In this document: one piece after another, positions 27,393 through 39,821 of the stretch
Layout: each line of letters begins with the position of its first letter
Numbering within the stretch: position 1 is the first letter of the stretch
NCBI GenBank assembly: GCA_964579145.1
Contig: CAZOGB010000012.1
Coordinates: forward strand, 1,866-65,865
Source: an uncultured bacterium
GTDB taxonomy: Bacteria; Armatimonadota; HRBIN16
Length of the DNA: 64,000 bases
Direction: 5' to 3'
The notes under the pieces: model-generated
The model's database searches: none
What the model saw: the letters and a program-made list of their open reading frames with translations, nothing else
Told to the model about the DNA's origin: nothing
Program-made: the position numbers and the translations under genes

Positions 27393-29006
27393 ATGAGCAC
27401 CGTAACAGAAGCACGCCGGCGATTCAAGGCAGCAGGGCGGGTGCGTGTGCGTTTCTGGCGGATGCAGAACGTCCGGCGCATCGTGCAGGTGGCGTTCCTT
27501 CTGCTGTTTCTGTTCCTGCTGGCGTTGACGGTATATCCCCTGCGCTCACCGGTGCCAGTGGACTTCTTCTTCCGCGCCGACCCCTTAGCGGTGCTCAGCA
27601 CCTTCATCGCCTCGCGTGAGGTTATCGCTTCGCTGGTGCCCCTGGCGGCAGTGGTGCTCGCGCTGACGGTGGTGCTGGGCAGGTTCTTTTGCGGCTGGTT
27701 CTGCCCGATGGGCACGCTAATCGACCTGTCCGACCGCTTTCTGGTGCGGCGCAACCGTCGCGTAGCGGGCGCAAAGGGCTTCCCGCAGGTGAAGTACTAC
27801 ATCCTAGCGATGGTGCTGGTCTCTGCCCTGCTTTCCGCGCAAATCGCCTACTTCTTCGACCCGTTCGGCATCCTCACGCGCACGATGGTGTGGGTGCTGG
27901 TTGCGCCCGTGACTCTGCTGGGGAGGGTTATCACGGGTTCGCCATGGGTGGCGGACTGGGCGCCGTCCCTCGCGCAGATACCCTTTATCCCCGAGGTCCA
28001 GCCGCATTACCGCATGAACCTGCTGGCGGCTCTGCTGTTCGCGGGCATTCTTGCGCTGGGGCTGGTCAGTCGGCGGTTCTGGTGCAGGAACCTGTGTCCG
28101 CTGGGCGCACTGCTTGCGCTGTTTTCGGGCTGGGGCATCGTGCGGCGGCAAACGAACGCGGAACAGTGTATCGAGTGCCACCGTTGCGACCGCGAATGCA
28201 AGATGGGCGCCATCCTGCCCGACAGCCATCGCTATCTGGCGCGTGAGTGCATCTATTGCTATAACTGCGTGTCGGTGTGCGCGCCCGGCGCAACGTCCTT
28301 CCCCGTCACCCTGCGCAGGGAGGGCTTCGAGACCGCCACCGACCTCAATCGTCGCCGAATACTGGGGTTCGCCGGGCTGGGTGTGCTGTGGGCAGGTATT
28401 TCGGTAGGCGACATTGGGGCGAAGAAGGTGGGCAACTCACCTATCAAGGCATCCAGTCCCTTCCGTATCCGACCGCCCGGCAGCCTGCCTGAAGAACAGT
28501 TCCTGCAAAAGTGCGTGCGGTGCAGCCTGTGCATGAAGGTGTGCCCGACCAACAGCTTACAGCCCGCGCTGACCGAGGCGGGCATTGAAGGGTTCTGGAC
28601 GCCCATTCTGGTTCCGCGCATCGGGCACTGCAGTCAGCACTGCACCGCCTGTGGGGATGTTTGTCCTACCGACGCCATTCAGCCTTTCACCCCGCAGGAG
28701 AAGAAGTATCTTTTCATCGGGCGGGCGTATATAGATAGAAGCATGTGTATCGTGTGGGCGCAGGATAAAAAGTGCCTCGTGTGCGATGAGCACTGTTCGT
28801 ATCGCGCCCTGCACTGGAAGGTGGTGGATGGACTGCGCCGCCCGTTCGTGAACGAATATCTGTGCACCGGCTGTGGCGAGTGCGAAGCCAAATGCCCGGT
28901 GCAACCGATAGCGGCGATTCGCGTAACCACTCTGGGCGACCTGCGCCATCTGACGCGCGAAGCGCAAAAGCGATTCTACGAGCGACATCTGGAAAAGGAG
29001 GAATAA
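27393..29006 (+). CDS. Membrane-bound polyferredoxin (NapH/MauN-like protein with 4Fe-4S binding domains)
   Basis: RFFCGWFCPMGT and FWCRNLCPLGALL NapH-type membrane motifs. At least three CxxCxxCxxxCP ferredoxin motifs in the C-terminal half. Confidence 0.75.
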   Translation: MSTVTEARRRFKAAGRVRVRFWRMQNVRRIVQVAFLLLFLFLLALTVYPLRSPVPVDFFFRADPLAVLSTFIASREVIASLVPLAAVVLALTVVLGRFFCGWFCPMGTLIDLSDRFLVRRNRRVAGAKGFPQVKYYILAMVLVSALLSAQIAYFFDPFGILTRTMVWVLVAPVTLLGRVITGSPWVADWAPSLAQIPFIPEVQPHYRMNLLAALLFAGILALGLVSRRFWCRNLCPLGALLALFSGWGIVRRQTNAEQCIECHRCDRECKMGAILPDSHRYLARECIYCYNCVSVCAPGATSFPVTLRREGFETATDLNRRRILGFAGLGVLWAGISVGDIGAKKVGNSPIKASSPFRIRPPGSLPEEQFLQKCVRCSLCMKVCPTNSLQPALTEAGIEGFWTPILVPRIGHCSQHCTACGDVCPTDAIQPFTPQEKKYLFIGRAYIDRSMCIVWAQDKKCLVCDEHCSYRALHWKVVDGLRRPFVNEYLCTGCGECEAKCPVQPIAAIRVTTLGDLRHLTREAQKRFYERHLEKEE

Positions 29007-29012
29007 GCGCCC

Positions 29013-29996
29013 ATGCCATCCAGAAGAGAGTTCCTGAAGGACCTGATGAGAACAGGAGCGGGTCTGTACACTCCCGCCGCCGTGTTCGCCGTGCTGCTGC
29101 AGGAGAAGAAGAACCCCCAGAGCACCGTCGTTGAGGTCAAAAACCCGAATGCACAGAGCGAGAGCCACCGTCTTCGCGCAGACGTTGTGCAGGCGATGGT
29201 CTTCGAGGCGGTGCGACGCCTGAGTGGGGAAAAGAACGACCGCTCTGCCTGGACGCACTATTTCACTCCTGAAGATGTGGTTGGCATCAAGGTCAACTGT
29301 CTGTTTGGGCGAGGAGCCTCTACCCACCCCGAAGTGGTGATGGCGATTGTGGAGGGGCTGAAACTGGCAGGGGTCAAGCCGGAGAACATCATCATCTGGG
29401 ACCGCAGTGACGGCGACTTAGCCAAAGCGGGCTTTACGCTCAACCGCGAGGGACCGGGCGTGAAGTGCTATGGCACCAACGGCGACTACGACCCCACCCC
29501 CACCCGTCACGGCTCGTTCAACGGCAGATTGAGCAAAATCCTGAGCGAGCGCATCACCGCACTGATAAACGCACCGATTCTGAAAGACCACAGCATCGCT
29601 GGCATCACCAACGCCTGCAAGAACCATTACGGCTCCATCGATAACCCGGGCGCCCATCACGGTAATAACTGCGACCCCTACCTGGCAGACCTCAACGCCG
29701 TGCCTGCCATCCGCCAGAAGACGCGCTTGATTATCTGCGATGCCATCCGCCCGATTTGCGAAGGCGGACCCGGCTTGCGAGGCGATTACGCCTGGGATTA
29801 CAACGCCATCCTCGCCTCCACCGATCCCATAGCGATAGATACGGTCGGCTGGCAGATTGTCGAGGCAAGGCGTAAGGAGATGGGGTTGCCGCCGCTGGCG
29901 CAGGTGGGGAGACCTGTTCGCTATCTGCAAACTGCTGCGCAATTGGGCGTGGGTACCAACGACCCGAACCGAATCCGTCTGGTGCGGGTGGGATAG
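29013..29996 (+). CDS. DUF362-family protein with a canonical Tat signal (SRREFLK)
   Basis: MPSRREFLKDLMRTGAGLYTPAAVFAV is a twin-arginine signal. Paralogous to the gene at 26451 (IKVN and KDHS blocks). Confidence 0.55.
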   Translation: MPSRREFLKDLMRTGAGLYTPAAVFAVLLQEKKNPQSTVVEVKNPNAQSESHRLRADVVQAMVFEAVRRLSGEKNDRSAWTHYFTPEDVVGIKVNCLFGRGASTHPEVVMAIVEGLKLAGVKPENIIIWDRSDGDLAKAGFTLNREGPGVKCYGTNGDYDPTPTRHGSFNGRLSKILSERITALINAPILKDHSIAGITNACKNHYGSIDNPGAHHGNNCDPYLADLNAVPAIRQKTRLIICDAIRPICEGGPGLRGDYAWDYNAILASTDPIAIDTVGWQIVEARRKEMGLPPLAQVGRPVRYLQTAAQLGVGTNDPNRIRLVRVG

Positions 29997-30005
29997 AATG
30001 CGATA

Positions 30006-30027
30006 GGGGCACACCGGGGTGTGCCCC
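30006..30027. terminator. Perfect 10-bp GC hairpin between convergent genes; a possible bidirectional terminator
   Basis: ggggcacacc-gg-ggtgtgcccc. No U-tract, so intrinsic-terminator activity is uncertain. Confidence 0.4.
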
Positions 30028-30032
30028 CGCTC

Positions 30033-30539
30033 TTACAGCGCTCTCTGCACGGTCTCTTCCAGAACCTGCATGGTGTTTTGCGGGTCATAGCCTTCCAGTC
30101 GCGCCAGAATGTTGCCCTCTTTGTCGATGATGAACAGCGTGGGAAGGCTTTTAACATGGAAGGCTCCCTTTGCGGTGGCATCGCTGTCGGCGGCGATGGG
30201 GTAATTCACACCCATCTCTTTCACGAAAGCCTCTATCTCTGCCTTGCTGGTCACATCCACCGCCACCCCGATAACCTCTACGCCTTTATTCCGGTGGCGG
30301 TTGTGGAACTGTATCATCTTGGGCATGGTGAACCGGCAGGGCGCACACCACGTCGCCCAGAAGTCCAGCACCACCACCTTCCCTCTGTAGTCCTGCAGAG
30401 TTTTCGTTTCGCCGTTCAGCAGGTGAAGGGTGACATTGGGAGCGGTGTCTCCCTGCCCCATCGGTTTCGGAGGCTGGAACGCATAAATCACCAGCCCTGC
30501 TATCAGTACAATCAACACATAGACTATCGCCCTGCGCAT
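30033..30539 (-). CDS. TlpA/ResA-family membrane-anchored thiol-disulfide oxidoreductase
   Basis: N-terminal TM helix. Thioredoxin-fold active site WATWCAPC (CxxC). Confidence 0.85.
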   Translation of the reverse strand: MRRAIVYVLIVLIAGLVIYAFQPPKPMGQGDTAPNVTLHLLNGETKTLQDYRGKVVVLDFWATWCAPCRFTMPKMIQFHNRHRNKGVEVIGVAVDVTSKAEIEAFVKEMGVNYPIAADSDATAKGAFHVKSLPTLFIIDKEGNILARLEGYDPQNTMQVLEETVQRAL

Positions 30540-30597
30540 AGAACCACCTCTTGCCTGCGACTACTGCTTGTTGGACTCCGCCATCAGCCCTTCTGAT

Positions 30598-32907
30598 TCA
30601 TCGCACATAATCCGCCTCTTCGGGACGCCACACCGTATCGCGCACGGTCAGGTACAGCGTTCGCGCGGCGTCGGCGCGGGTAATCGGACCCTCCGGGAAG
30701 AAGCGCATTCCTTCTTCCTGCAGGGCATCTACACCATCCCACAGCATGGAGGTGATATGATGCCGGCGCAGGGTCTCTATCGCAGCAGCGTGCGGCGAGT
30801 CGGCTGGCACGTCCAAGTAAGGCAACTGACCGGGCGTTACCGGCGTCCACTGTCCCAGTCTTACCATCACGTTCGTCAGCCACTGCGCGAACAGTGCGCG
30901 CGATATGGGCATGTCGGGGCGGAACAGCGTCTCTTCCGGCTTCAGGATGCCCGCTGCTACCAGCCCCTCCACTGCCTGTCGGGCGGGATGCTCTTCGGGC
31001 AGGTCGGTGTAAGGCAGAGCGGGCTTCGCATAGCTGGTTTTCCATCCGCCCTGCTTCAGCCGATGCCACAGCCACTGCGCCGCGTCGGCGCGAGTGAGCA
31101 TCTTCTCTGGCTCAAATCGCTCCTGCGGGAAGTATCCACGTGCCGCCAAATACTGAATAGCCCGAAAACCGCGTGTTTCGGCGGTGACATCAGGAAACCA
31201 GTACAGGTACACGCCGTATCTCAGCAGCACCTCCTGTACCAGGCGGGAAGGGATGCGTCTGGGTTCCGTGTCGTAGCGCAACGCCAGCGCCGCCGCTGCG
31301 CCCGCCGCCTGCCCCATATTCATACGCACCGGCTCCATGCGAAGGGTTCCATACGCCACATGGGTGGCGGAGACCGCCGTGGATACCAGCACATTGCGCA
31401 GGCGCAGCGGGAGCAGGCTACCGTACGGAACCTGGTACCAGGGCGTGTAATTCACCAGCCAGAACTCGCCCTCGCCCATGTCGGGCGAATCCCAGTCGGT
31501 TTTGGGCTGGACGGCGTGCGAGTCCATCGGGTAGTCGCCGATGCTGATGGAATCTGGACGCAGGCGTTCTCGCGCCTTCCATACGTCGCTTTCGTTCATC
31601 AGCACGTGCCCCATAATGCGCCTCGCTTCGCGCACGTACAGCTGCGGCGGGATGTTGCCGTTATCGCGATACTCATCCTCCGCCAGCCCGATGTTTTTCA
31701 GCCCCAGCTCGGTCTGGATGTAGTAGAGATACCCCAGTGCGTGCCACTTGTAGCGTTCGGCAATCTCGTCGCGCCGCTTCCAGCTGGCGGTCGGATAGTC
31801 ATAATTGATACCGGGCAGATTACTGCCCTGCGGATGCTGGTTAATCTCAAACTTGCCACCGGGAATGCGACCGTACAGATAAGCCCACGTTTTCTCCCAG
31901 GGCGGAGTGTGGATGTAGTTCTCCTTATTGTAGAAAGGGGGTTGCGGGATGGTCTTGTCTGCATCCTTGCCGTAGTCCTTCACCGCCAGCAGGATAGCGT
32001 AAGAGGGGATACGCTTATCGCCCTTGCCGGTGCTCCCGGGCAGGATGCGGTCGTTGGCGCGGTCATAGTAGATATGTCCAGCGTGTGGCTCTTCAGGGGA
32101 ACGAGGTTCGCGCCCCACGCGGAAGGGAGCACCTCCCCACGCGGCGATGTCGCCCTCATGTGTGGCGTCAATGAAGATGTCGCCTTCAAAAACTGCCTTG
32201 CGCCCCGTCAGCATATTCTGCACAATCACCGCACGCACCCGGTCTCCATCTCGCATCACGCCAACGGGGCGCACGCGGAAGTAGACGTGGACGTTCGGAT
32301 GCTGAGCCACAATGCTCTTAATTAGCGCGTTTGCCACGCGCGGCTCGTATGCCATACCGTTGCCCGTGCCGTAATGTGCCTGCACCGCCCTGCGGAACTC
32401 TTCAAAAAGCCCGTTGGAGCGGGCGGGGTTGCGCATGTCGGTCAGGCTCACGCCGCTGCTGATCATGCCGCCCAGTCGATTGGTCTGCTCCAGCAGGGCG
32501 ACCGTCACACCCTCTCGCGCAGCGGTTACCGCCGCTCCCACTCCAGAAGCGGTGCCGCCCACCACCACCAGCGGATAGTGAATGCGCGCGGGCAGTTCTC
32601 GGAAGGTGCGTTCACTAACCTCTGCCGAGGGCTTCTGAGTGCCGTCCGCCATCTGCGCCACCACTCTGTAACGGTACGTCTGAGCAGGTTCCAGCGGCTG
32701 GTCTATATACTGGCGGGCATCGGCGGGCAGGGTGGCTATCGGCACACCATCGCGCTGTACCACATACGCCTGCACCTCTCCCTGGGCGGGTGGAAGCCAG
32801 TAAACGTTAATCTGCACCGGCGACTGTGCCAGTGCCTCCACGGCCGTCGGCTGAGCATGCACCGACCCGGCAAGAAGCACTAACAGAACGAACACGCCCC
32901 TCTTCAT
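30598..32907 (-). CDS. Secreted FAD-dependent oxidoreductase with C-terminal SLH-like cell-surface anchoring repeats
   Basis: Signal peptide MKRGVFVLLVLLAGSVHA. FAD Rossmann motif VVVGGTASGVGAAVTAAREG. Three C-terminal SLH-like repeats (LTRADAAQWLW, ISRALFAQWL, ITRADAARTLYL). Start at 32907 is preceded by AAGGGGGA. Confidence 0.6.
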   Translation of the reverse strand: MKRGVFVLLVLLAGSVHAQPTAVEALAQSPVQINVYWLPPAQGEVQAYVVQRDGVPIATLPADARQYIDQPLEPAQTYRYRVVAQMADGTQKPSAEVSERTFRELPARIHYPLVVVGGTASGVGAAVTAAREGVTVALLEQTNRLGGMISSGVSLTDMRNPARSNGLFEEFRRAVQAHYGTGNGMAYEPRVANALIKSIVAQHPNVHVYFRVRPVGVMRDGDRVRAVIVQNMLTGRKAVFEGDIFIDATHEGDIAAWGGAPFRVGREPRSPEEPHAGHIYYDRANDRILPGSTGKGDKRIPSYAILLAVKDYGKDADKTIPQPPFYNKENYIHTPPWEKTWAYLYGRIPGGKFEINQHPQGSNLPGINYDYPTASWKRRDEIAERYKWHALGYLYYIQTELGLKNIGLAEDEYRDNGNIPPQLYVREARRIMGHVLMNESDVWKARERLRPDSISIGDYPMDSHAVQPKTDWDSPDMGEGEFWLVNYTPWYQVPYGSLLPLRLRNVLVSTAVSATHVAYGTLRMEPVRMNMGQAAGAAAALALRYDTEPRRIPSRLVQEVLLRYGVYLYWFPDVTAETRGFRAIQYLAARGYFPQERFEPEKMLTRADAAQWLWHRLKQGGWKTSYAKPALPYTDLPEEHPARQAVEGLVAAGILKPEETLFRPDMPISRALFAQWLTNVMVRLGQWTPVTPGQLPYLDVPADSPHAAAIETLRRHHITSMLWDGVDALQEEGMRFFPEGPITRADAARTLYLTVRDTVWRPEEADYVR

Positions 32908-33069
32908 TGCGTTCCCCCTTTCCTGCGGATAAACGGCTGTCATTCTGTTTCGCCCATCACGCGCTGTTTTCCTTAGCGCTCATGCCGTTGCTGTGCCAAA
33001 CGTCCTTTACTCATGGTTGCCTGGGCTGTATTTGTGGAACAATTCTATTAAGAAAGAGGATTTGGGCTT

Positions 33070-35748
<2,679 letters not shown>

Positions 35749-35825
35749 CCCGTCGCAGGACACTCGCCCTCCAGCACGAATCGTTGCCTATGAGCCAGTG
35801 GAAACTGCCGGCATGGAGGGAGCCG

Positions 35826-38366
35826 ATGAAGCGGATGGGAGCCTTACTGCTGGGGCTGTTTGCTTTGCAGGTCTATGCCCAGAAACAATCCCTGCAAACG
35901 TGGAACGCCGTTGAAGGCACATTTACCTGGGATGAACAGGTGAGGCGAAGCAGTGTCCAGAGCGTTCGCCTGCACAACCCCACCGCCGACCTTCGCAGCG
36001 GCGTGATGCACGTGGTGCAGCTGAACCAGACGAAGCCTGTTCCATTCCGCGTCACCGCATGGAGCCGGGCGGAGAATGTCTCAGGCAGTGCCGACTCAGG
36101 CTACTCCCTGTATCTCGACCTCTACTACACCGACGGCACGCCCGAATGGGGATTGATGGCTCCCTTCAGCACAGGCACGCATGACTGGGAACGCCGGGAG
36201 GTGCTGGTCATCCCTCGCAAACCGGTGGGCAAAGTATATGTGCACCTGCTGTTGCGTAATCACGCGGGCACAGTATGGTTCGACGATGTACAGATGGAGA
36301 TATTGGAGGGATTACAGGTGCTGGATATGCAGAGCACACGCCAGCCTGCCTTGCGTGCCGGCAAACCCGCGGTCAGCTGGGGCACTGCAGAGCGTCTGCA
36401 GGTGAAGTTCGACGATTCCGGGCTGGTCGCCGGGCTGGTATCTGGTGGTAAGTCGCTTCCCGGTGGGCGCCTGCCCGGAGGCTGGTTCCTGCGCGACATG
36501 AGGCAGCCGGATACGCTGGTGCCGTTCAGCGGGAAATGGACAAGCACCAGTCCACCCGTGTGGAGCGGTGAGGCGAACGGTGTGCAGATAGAGGTACGTT
36601 ACGGGCAGGCGGGCGACCTCCTTCAGGCGGAGGCAACTCTACGCACCCCTGAAGGTTCGCCGGACCGCGCGGTGAGCTTCATCTGGGCGATGCCGGTGCG
36701 GATGGATGGGGCAAGGTGGCACAACGATATTCGTGAATCCGCACCTGCTGGAGACGGCGAGCACGCACACCTGATACGCATCAACGGCGGCGCGACCAAT
36801 ATGATGAGCCTCTACCCGCTGGCGTGCCTGACAGGGGAAGGATGGGGTATTGCCTGGGGGTGGCGAATGGACGCGCCGCGGCTGACAAGGCTGTTTGCTA
36901 ACCCGCAGTGGGGCTGGGCGTGCGCCGCCTTTGATTGCGTTATCAGCGGGAAGACGCGCAAGTTTCCGCATCAGGCACGGTTTCATCTTCTGCTGTGGGA
37001 TGCAGACCCGCAATGGGGCTTTCGCTCCGCCCTGCAAAAGTATATTGATAACTTCCCCGACTGGTTCCGAAACCGCGTGCCCAAACAGGGTATCTGGATG
37101 CCCTTCACCGCCCCACACACCGTGCAGAACGTGCAGGACTTCGGCGTTGTTTTCCATGAGGGCGACAACAGCGTGGCAGAGGACGACCATCTGGGCATCC
37201 TGAGCTTCCGCTACACCGAGCCGATGAGCTACTGGATGCCCATGCCCAAAGAGTTTCCGCGAACGGATGCAGGAGTGGACGACTGCCTCCAGCAGTACGC
37301 ACAGGGCAAGATAGGCGACGCCTGGCAGAGGGCACAGGCGCGAGCGACGTTGAAATGCGGAATCATCACCGACGCCAGCGGCAAGATATACCGCTACATC
37401 ACCGTTGCCCCATGGAACGACGGCGCGATGTTCCTGCTGAACCCCGACCCCGACATCCCCTCCGACGCCGAGAACCCTTCTAAAGCGCACCTGAACTATC
37501 CTCCTGAACATGCCCAGCGCGCCTACGCGAAACCGGGTACGGAGGGACTGGACGGAGAATATCTGGACTCCTTAGAGATGGGCGGGGAGATGCTGAACTT
37601 CCGCGAGGAGCATTTCGCGACGGCGGATGTGCCGCTGGTTTTCGACTCCAGCAGTCTGCGCCCGGCTATCCTGCAGATATTCAGCACGTGGGAGTATACC
37701 CGCTACCTTGCCGACGACCTGCGCAGGCGAGGCAGATGGCTGTTTGCCAACGCGGTGGGCTGGCGGTTTCCCTTCCTGATGGCACAGCTGGACGTATCGG
37801 GCACGGAGACCAACTGGTGGCAGGGTGGTGCGTGGAAACCAGTATCACCTGCGCAGATGGACGTGTGGCGCAGTATGAGCTACCAGAAGCCGTACCTCCT
37901 GCTGATGAACACCGACTACGAAACCTTCGGCGGTCAGGTGGAGCGCTATTTCCAGCGGTGCCTGTTCTGGGGCATCTATCCCAGTATGTTCAGCCACAAC
38001 GCCGCCGATAACCCCTACTGGCGCAACCCGAACTGGTATAATCGCGACCGACCGCTGTTCCAGAAGTATATCCCGCTGATTCGGCGCGTTGCGGAGGCCG
38101 GCTGGCAACCCATCACCTGCGCCACCGCCACAGGAGGCTGGGTGGAGCGATACGGCAGGAACCTGTTCACCGTGTTCAACCCCGAAAACACCGAACGTGA
38201 GGTGCTGGTGCTTATCGACCTGAACGCGCTGAAGATACCCGCCCAGCAGGTGCAAAAGCCGGTGGAGCTGGTGCAGGGGCTGGCGTTGAACTGGAAAGCG
38301 GAGGCAGGAAAGCTGCAGATTACCCTGAAGCTGGCGACTGAAGGGACGGCGGTGATTACCTGGTAA
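35826..38366 (+). CDS. Large secreted hypothetical protein, possibly a carbohydrate-active enzyme with a CBM-like N-terminal domain
   Basis: Signal peptide MKRMGALLLGLFALQVYAQ, with ATG 35826 preceded by GGAGGGAG. About 847 aa. No catalytic motif recognised. Confidence 0.45.
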   Translation: MKRMGALLLGLFALQVYAQKQSLQTWNAVEGTFTWDEQVRRSSVQSVRLHNPTADLRSGVMHVVQLNQTKPVPFRVTAWSRAENVSGSADSGYSLYLDLYYTDGTPEWGLMAPFSTGTHDWERREVLVIPRKPVGKVYVHLLLRNHAGTVWFDDVQMEILEGLQVLDMQSTRQPALRAGKPAVSWGTAERLQVKFDDSGLVAGLVSGGKSLPGGRLPGGWFLRDMRQPDTLVPFSGKWTSTSPPVWSGEANGVQIEVRYGQAGDLLQAEATLRTPEGSPDRAVSFIWAMPVRMDGARWHNDIRESAPAGDGEHAHLIRINGGATNMMSLYPLACLTGEGWGIAWGWRMDAPRLTRLFANPQWGWACAAFDCVISGKTRKFPHQARFHLLLWDADPQWGFRSALQKYIDNFPDWFRNRVPKQGIWMPFTAPHTVQNVQDFGVVFHEGDNSVAEDDHLGILSFRYTEPMSYWMPMPKEFPRTDAGVDDCLQQYAQGKIGDAWQRAQARATLKCGIITDASGKIYRYITVAPWNDGAMFLLNPDPDIPSDAENPSKAHLNYPPEHAQRAYAKPGTEGLDGEYLDSLEMGGEMLNFREEHFATADVPLVFDSSSLRPAILQIFSTWEYTRYLADDLRRRGRWLFANAVGWRFPFLMAQLDVSGTETNWWQGGAWKPVSPAQMDVWRSMSYQKPYLLLMNTDYETFGGQVERYFQRCLFWGIYPSMFSHNAADNPYWRNPNWYNRDRPLFQKYIPLIRRVAEAGWQPITCATATGGWVERYGRNLFTVFNPENTEREVLVLIDLNALKIPAQQVQKPVELVQGLALNWKAEAGKLQITLKLATEGTAVITW

Positions 38367-38368
38367 CC

Positions 38369-39016
38369 CTACCACAGGTCATCTGGCGGCACACCGCGTC
38401 GCACGTCTATCAGCCTCTGTAACAGCAGGCGCGTGCAGCGCACGTCCTCGAGCGCATACAGCACCAGTGTCGCCAGTGCCTGCGAGTCGTAAAGGTGCTT
38501 CCACTGATTCCACAGATACACCGCGTCTCTGCCGTGCATGTTGGCGATACTGGGGTGTCGGGGCACGCGCAGGTGGGTCAGCAGGGTTTTTAACTTCAGA
38601 TTGGGTGTTCGCAGTCGCCCCAAATCGCGCAGTGGGATGGCGACCTGGGTATAGATGTCCAGATGCTGCCAGTCACGAACCACTGTGCGCACCTGGGGCA
38701 GGTGATAGACGATGAAGGGAATGTCGAACTGCGAGCCGTTGTAGGTAGCCACCCGCGACAAAAACGGCGCATGTTCCGCGAACTGCTGAAGCGGACGGAC
38801 CGTGATGCTGTCGTAACCGTAGTCTCGCGCTTGCGCTTCGAGGGGGCGCAGGGTTTGTACCGCATCGTGCAGGTCATTCACATACAGCCTCGCTCGCTTT
38901 TCCTCACCCTCCTGATAGAGTGTGATCAAGGTCAGCTCACTGCACCTCGGTTCGATGCCGGTGGTCTCTATATCCAGAAACACCGCGTCGAGATAGTCCT
39001 GTAATTCAATCGCCAT
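38369..39016 (-). CDS. RNase H-like 3'-5' exonuclease (YprB/PolB-exonuclease-like, RNase_H_2 superfamily)
   Basis: DAVFLDIETTGIE Exo-I-like motif near the N-terminus. Start ATG at 39016. The track extension to 39379 is judged spurious because it covers the divergent promoter. Confidence 0.5.
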   Translation of the reverse strand: MAIELQDYLDAVFLDIETTGIEPRCSELTLITLYQEGEEKRARLYVNDLHDAVQTLRPLEAQARDYGYDSITVRPLQQFAEHAPFLSRVATYNGSQFDIPFIVYHLPQVRTVVRDWQHLDIYTQVAIPLRDLGRLRTPNLKLKTLLTHLRVPRHPSIANMHGRDAVYLWNQWKHLYDSQALATLVLYALEDVRCTRLLLQRLIDVRRGVPPDDLW

Positions 39017-39260
39017 GCTCGCCTCGTTGCAGGTGGACGGTCTGAACAGCACTATACTATCACACACCGAGAGCGGTGGCAACCCTCTGGGGGAATAAAA
39101 TCGTTTGACGAAATGGTGCAAGCCATTTATAATAAAGTCAACAGGCAACAAAGGCGCCGCGTGAGCGCGAAACTTCAGACTAAAGACCCGTTCCTGTTGC
39201 CCTGACGTTGCATGCAGGAGCGTCACGCAGCGCACGTTCGTAGGGAAGGAGGCATCCGAC

Positions 39261-39821
39261 ATGTTACGAACGTACGCTGACTGGTTACATCGCAATTTCT
39301 GCGCAGTGCCCGTTTCGGTTGTTGCTTCCGCGGTGAAGGGTGGAATGCATCTTGAGCGTATCGCTGGCGAGGTGCGCACCGACCACGAGTACAGCCAGCT
39401 TGGACTTCCACGTCATTCGCATCTGTGGCTGGTCTCCGCTGAACACTGCCAGCAGTTGCTCTCCCAGCCCGAGATTCAGGAAGAGGTGGTTGTGGAGGCA
39501 GGATTCATCATCTATCGCGATGGAGATGGTCGCATCTGGATCGGGATCGAGCCGCGCGAGGCGGAACTGGAGATGCCAGCCGATACGATGCTGGAGCGCC
39601 ACGTCAAACCGCTATTCCACATCCTGCACGGCGAGGAGGAGACCGCCAAACTGGCAACGACGGAGTATCGTATCGTGCGCACCACCGATGACCGCCTGAT
39701 GGAACAACACCTGAACGAGCTGGTCTCGCACGGGTGGGAGATTACCCATTTTCAGGCGGTGATTATTCAGGAAACGCGCTCCACGCTGTTCATCGCTCTG
39801 CTCCGTAAAAGGGTAGAGTAG
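39261..39821 (+). CDS. Hypothetical protein
   Basis: 186 aa. RBS GGAAGGAGG upstream. No recognised domain. Confidence 0.6.
   Translation: MLRTYADWLHRNFCAVPVSVVASAVKGGMHLERIAGEVRTDHEYSQLGLPRHSHLWLVSAEHCQQLLSQPEIQEEVVVEAGFIIYRDGDGRIWIGIEPREAELEMPADTMLERHVKPLFHILHGEEETAKLATTEYRIVRTTDDRLMEQHLNELVSHGWEITHFQAVIIQETRSTLFIALLRKRVE

Noticed and set aside
30568-32325. 585-aa plus-strand ORF
   Set aside because: It is antisense to the FAD oxidoreductase gene. The translation is Arg/His-rich without motifs.
39017-39379. N-terminal 121 aa of the exonuclease ORF
   Set aside because: It covers the AT-rich divergent promoter of the 39261 gene. The Exo-I motif lies just after ATG 39016.
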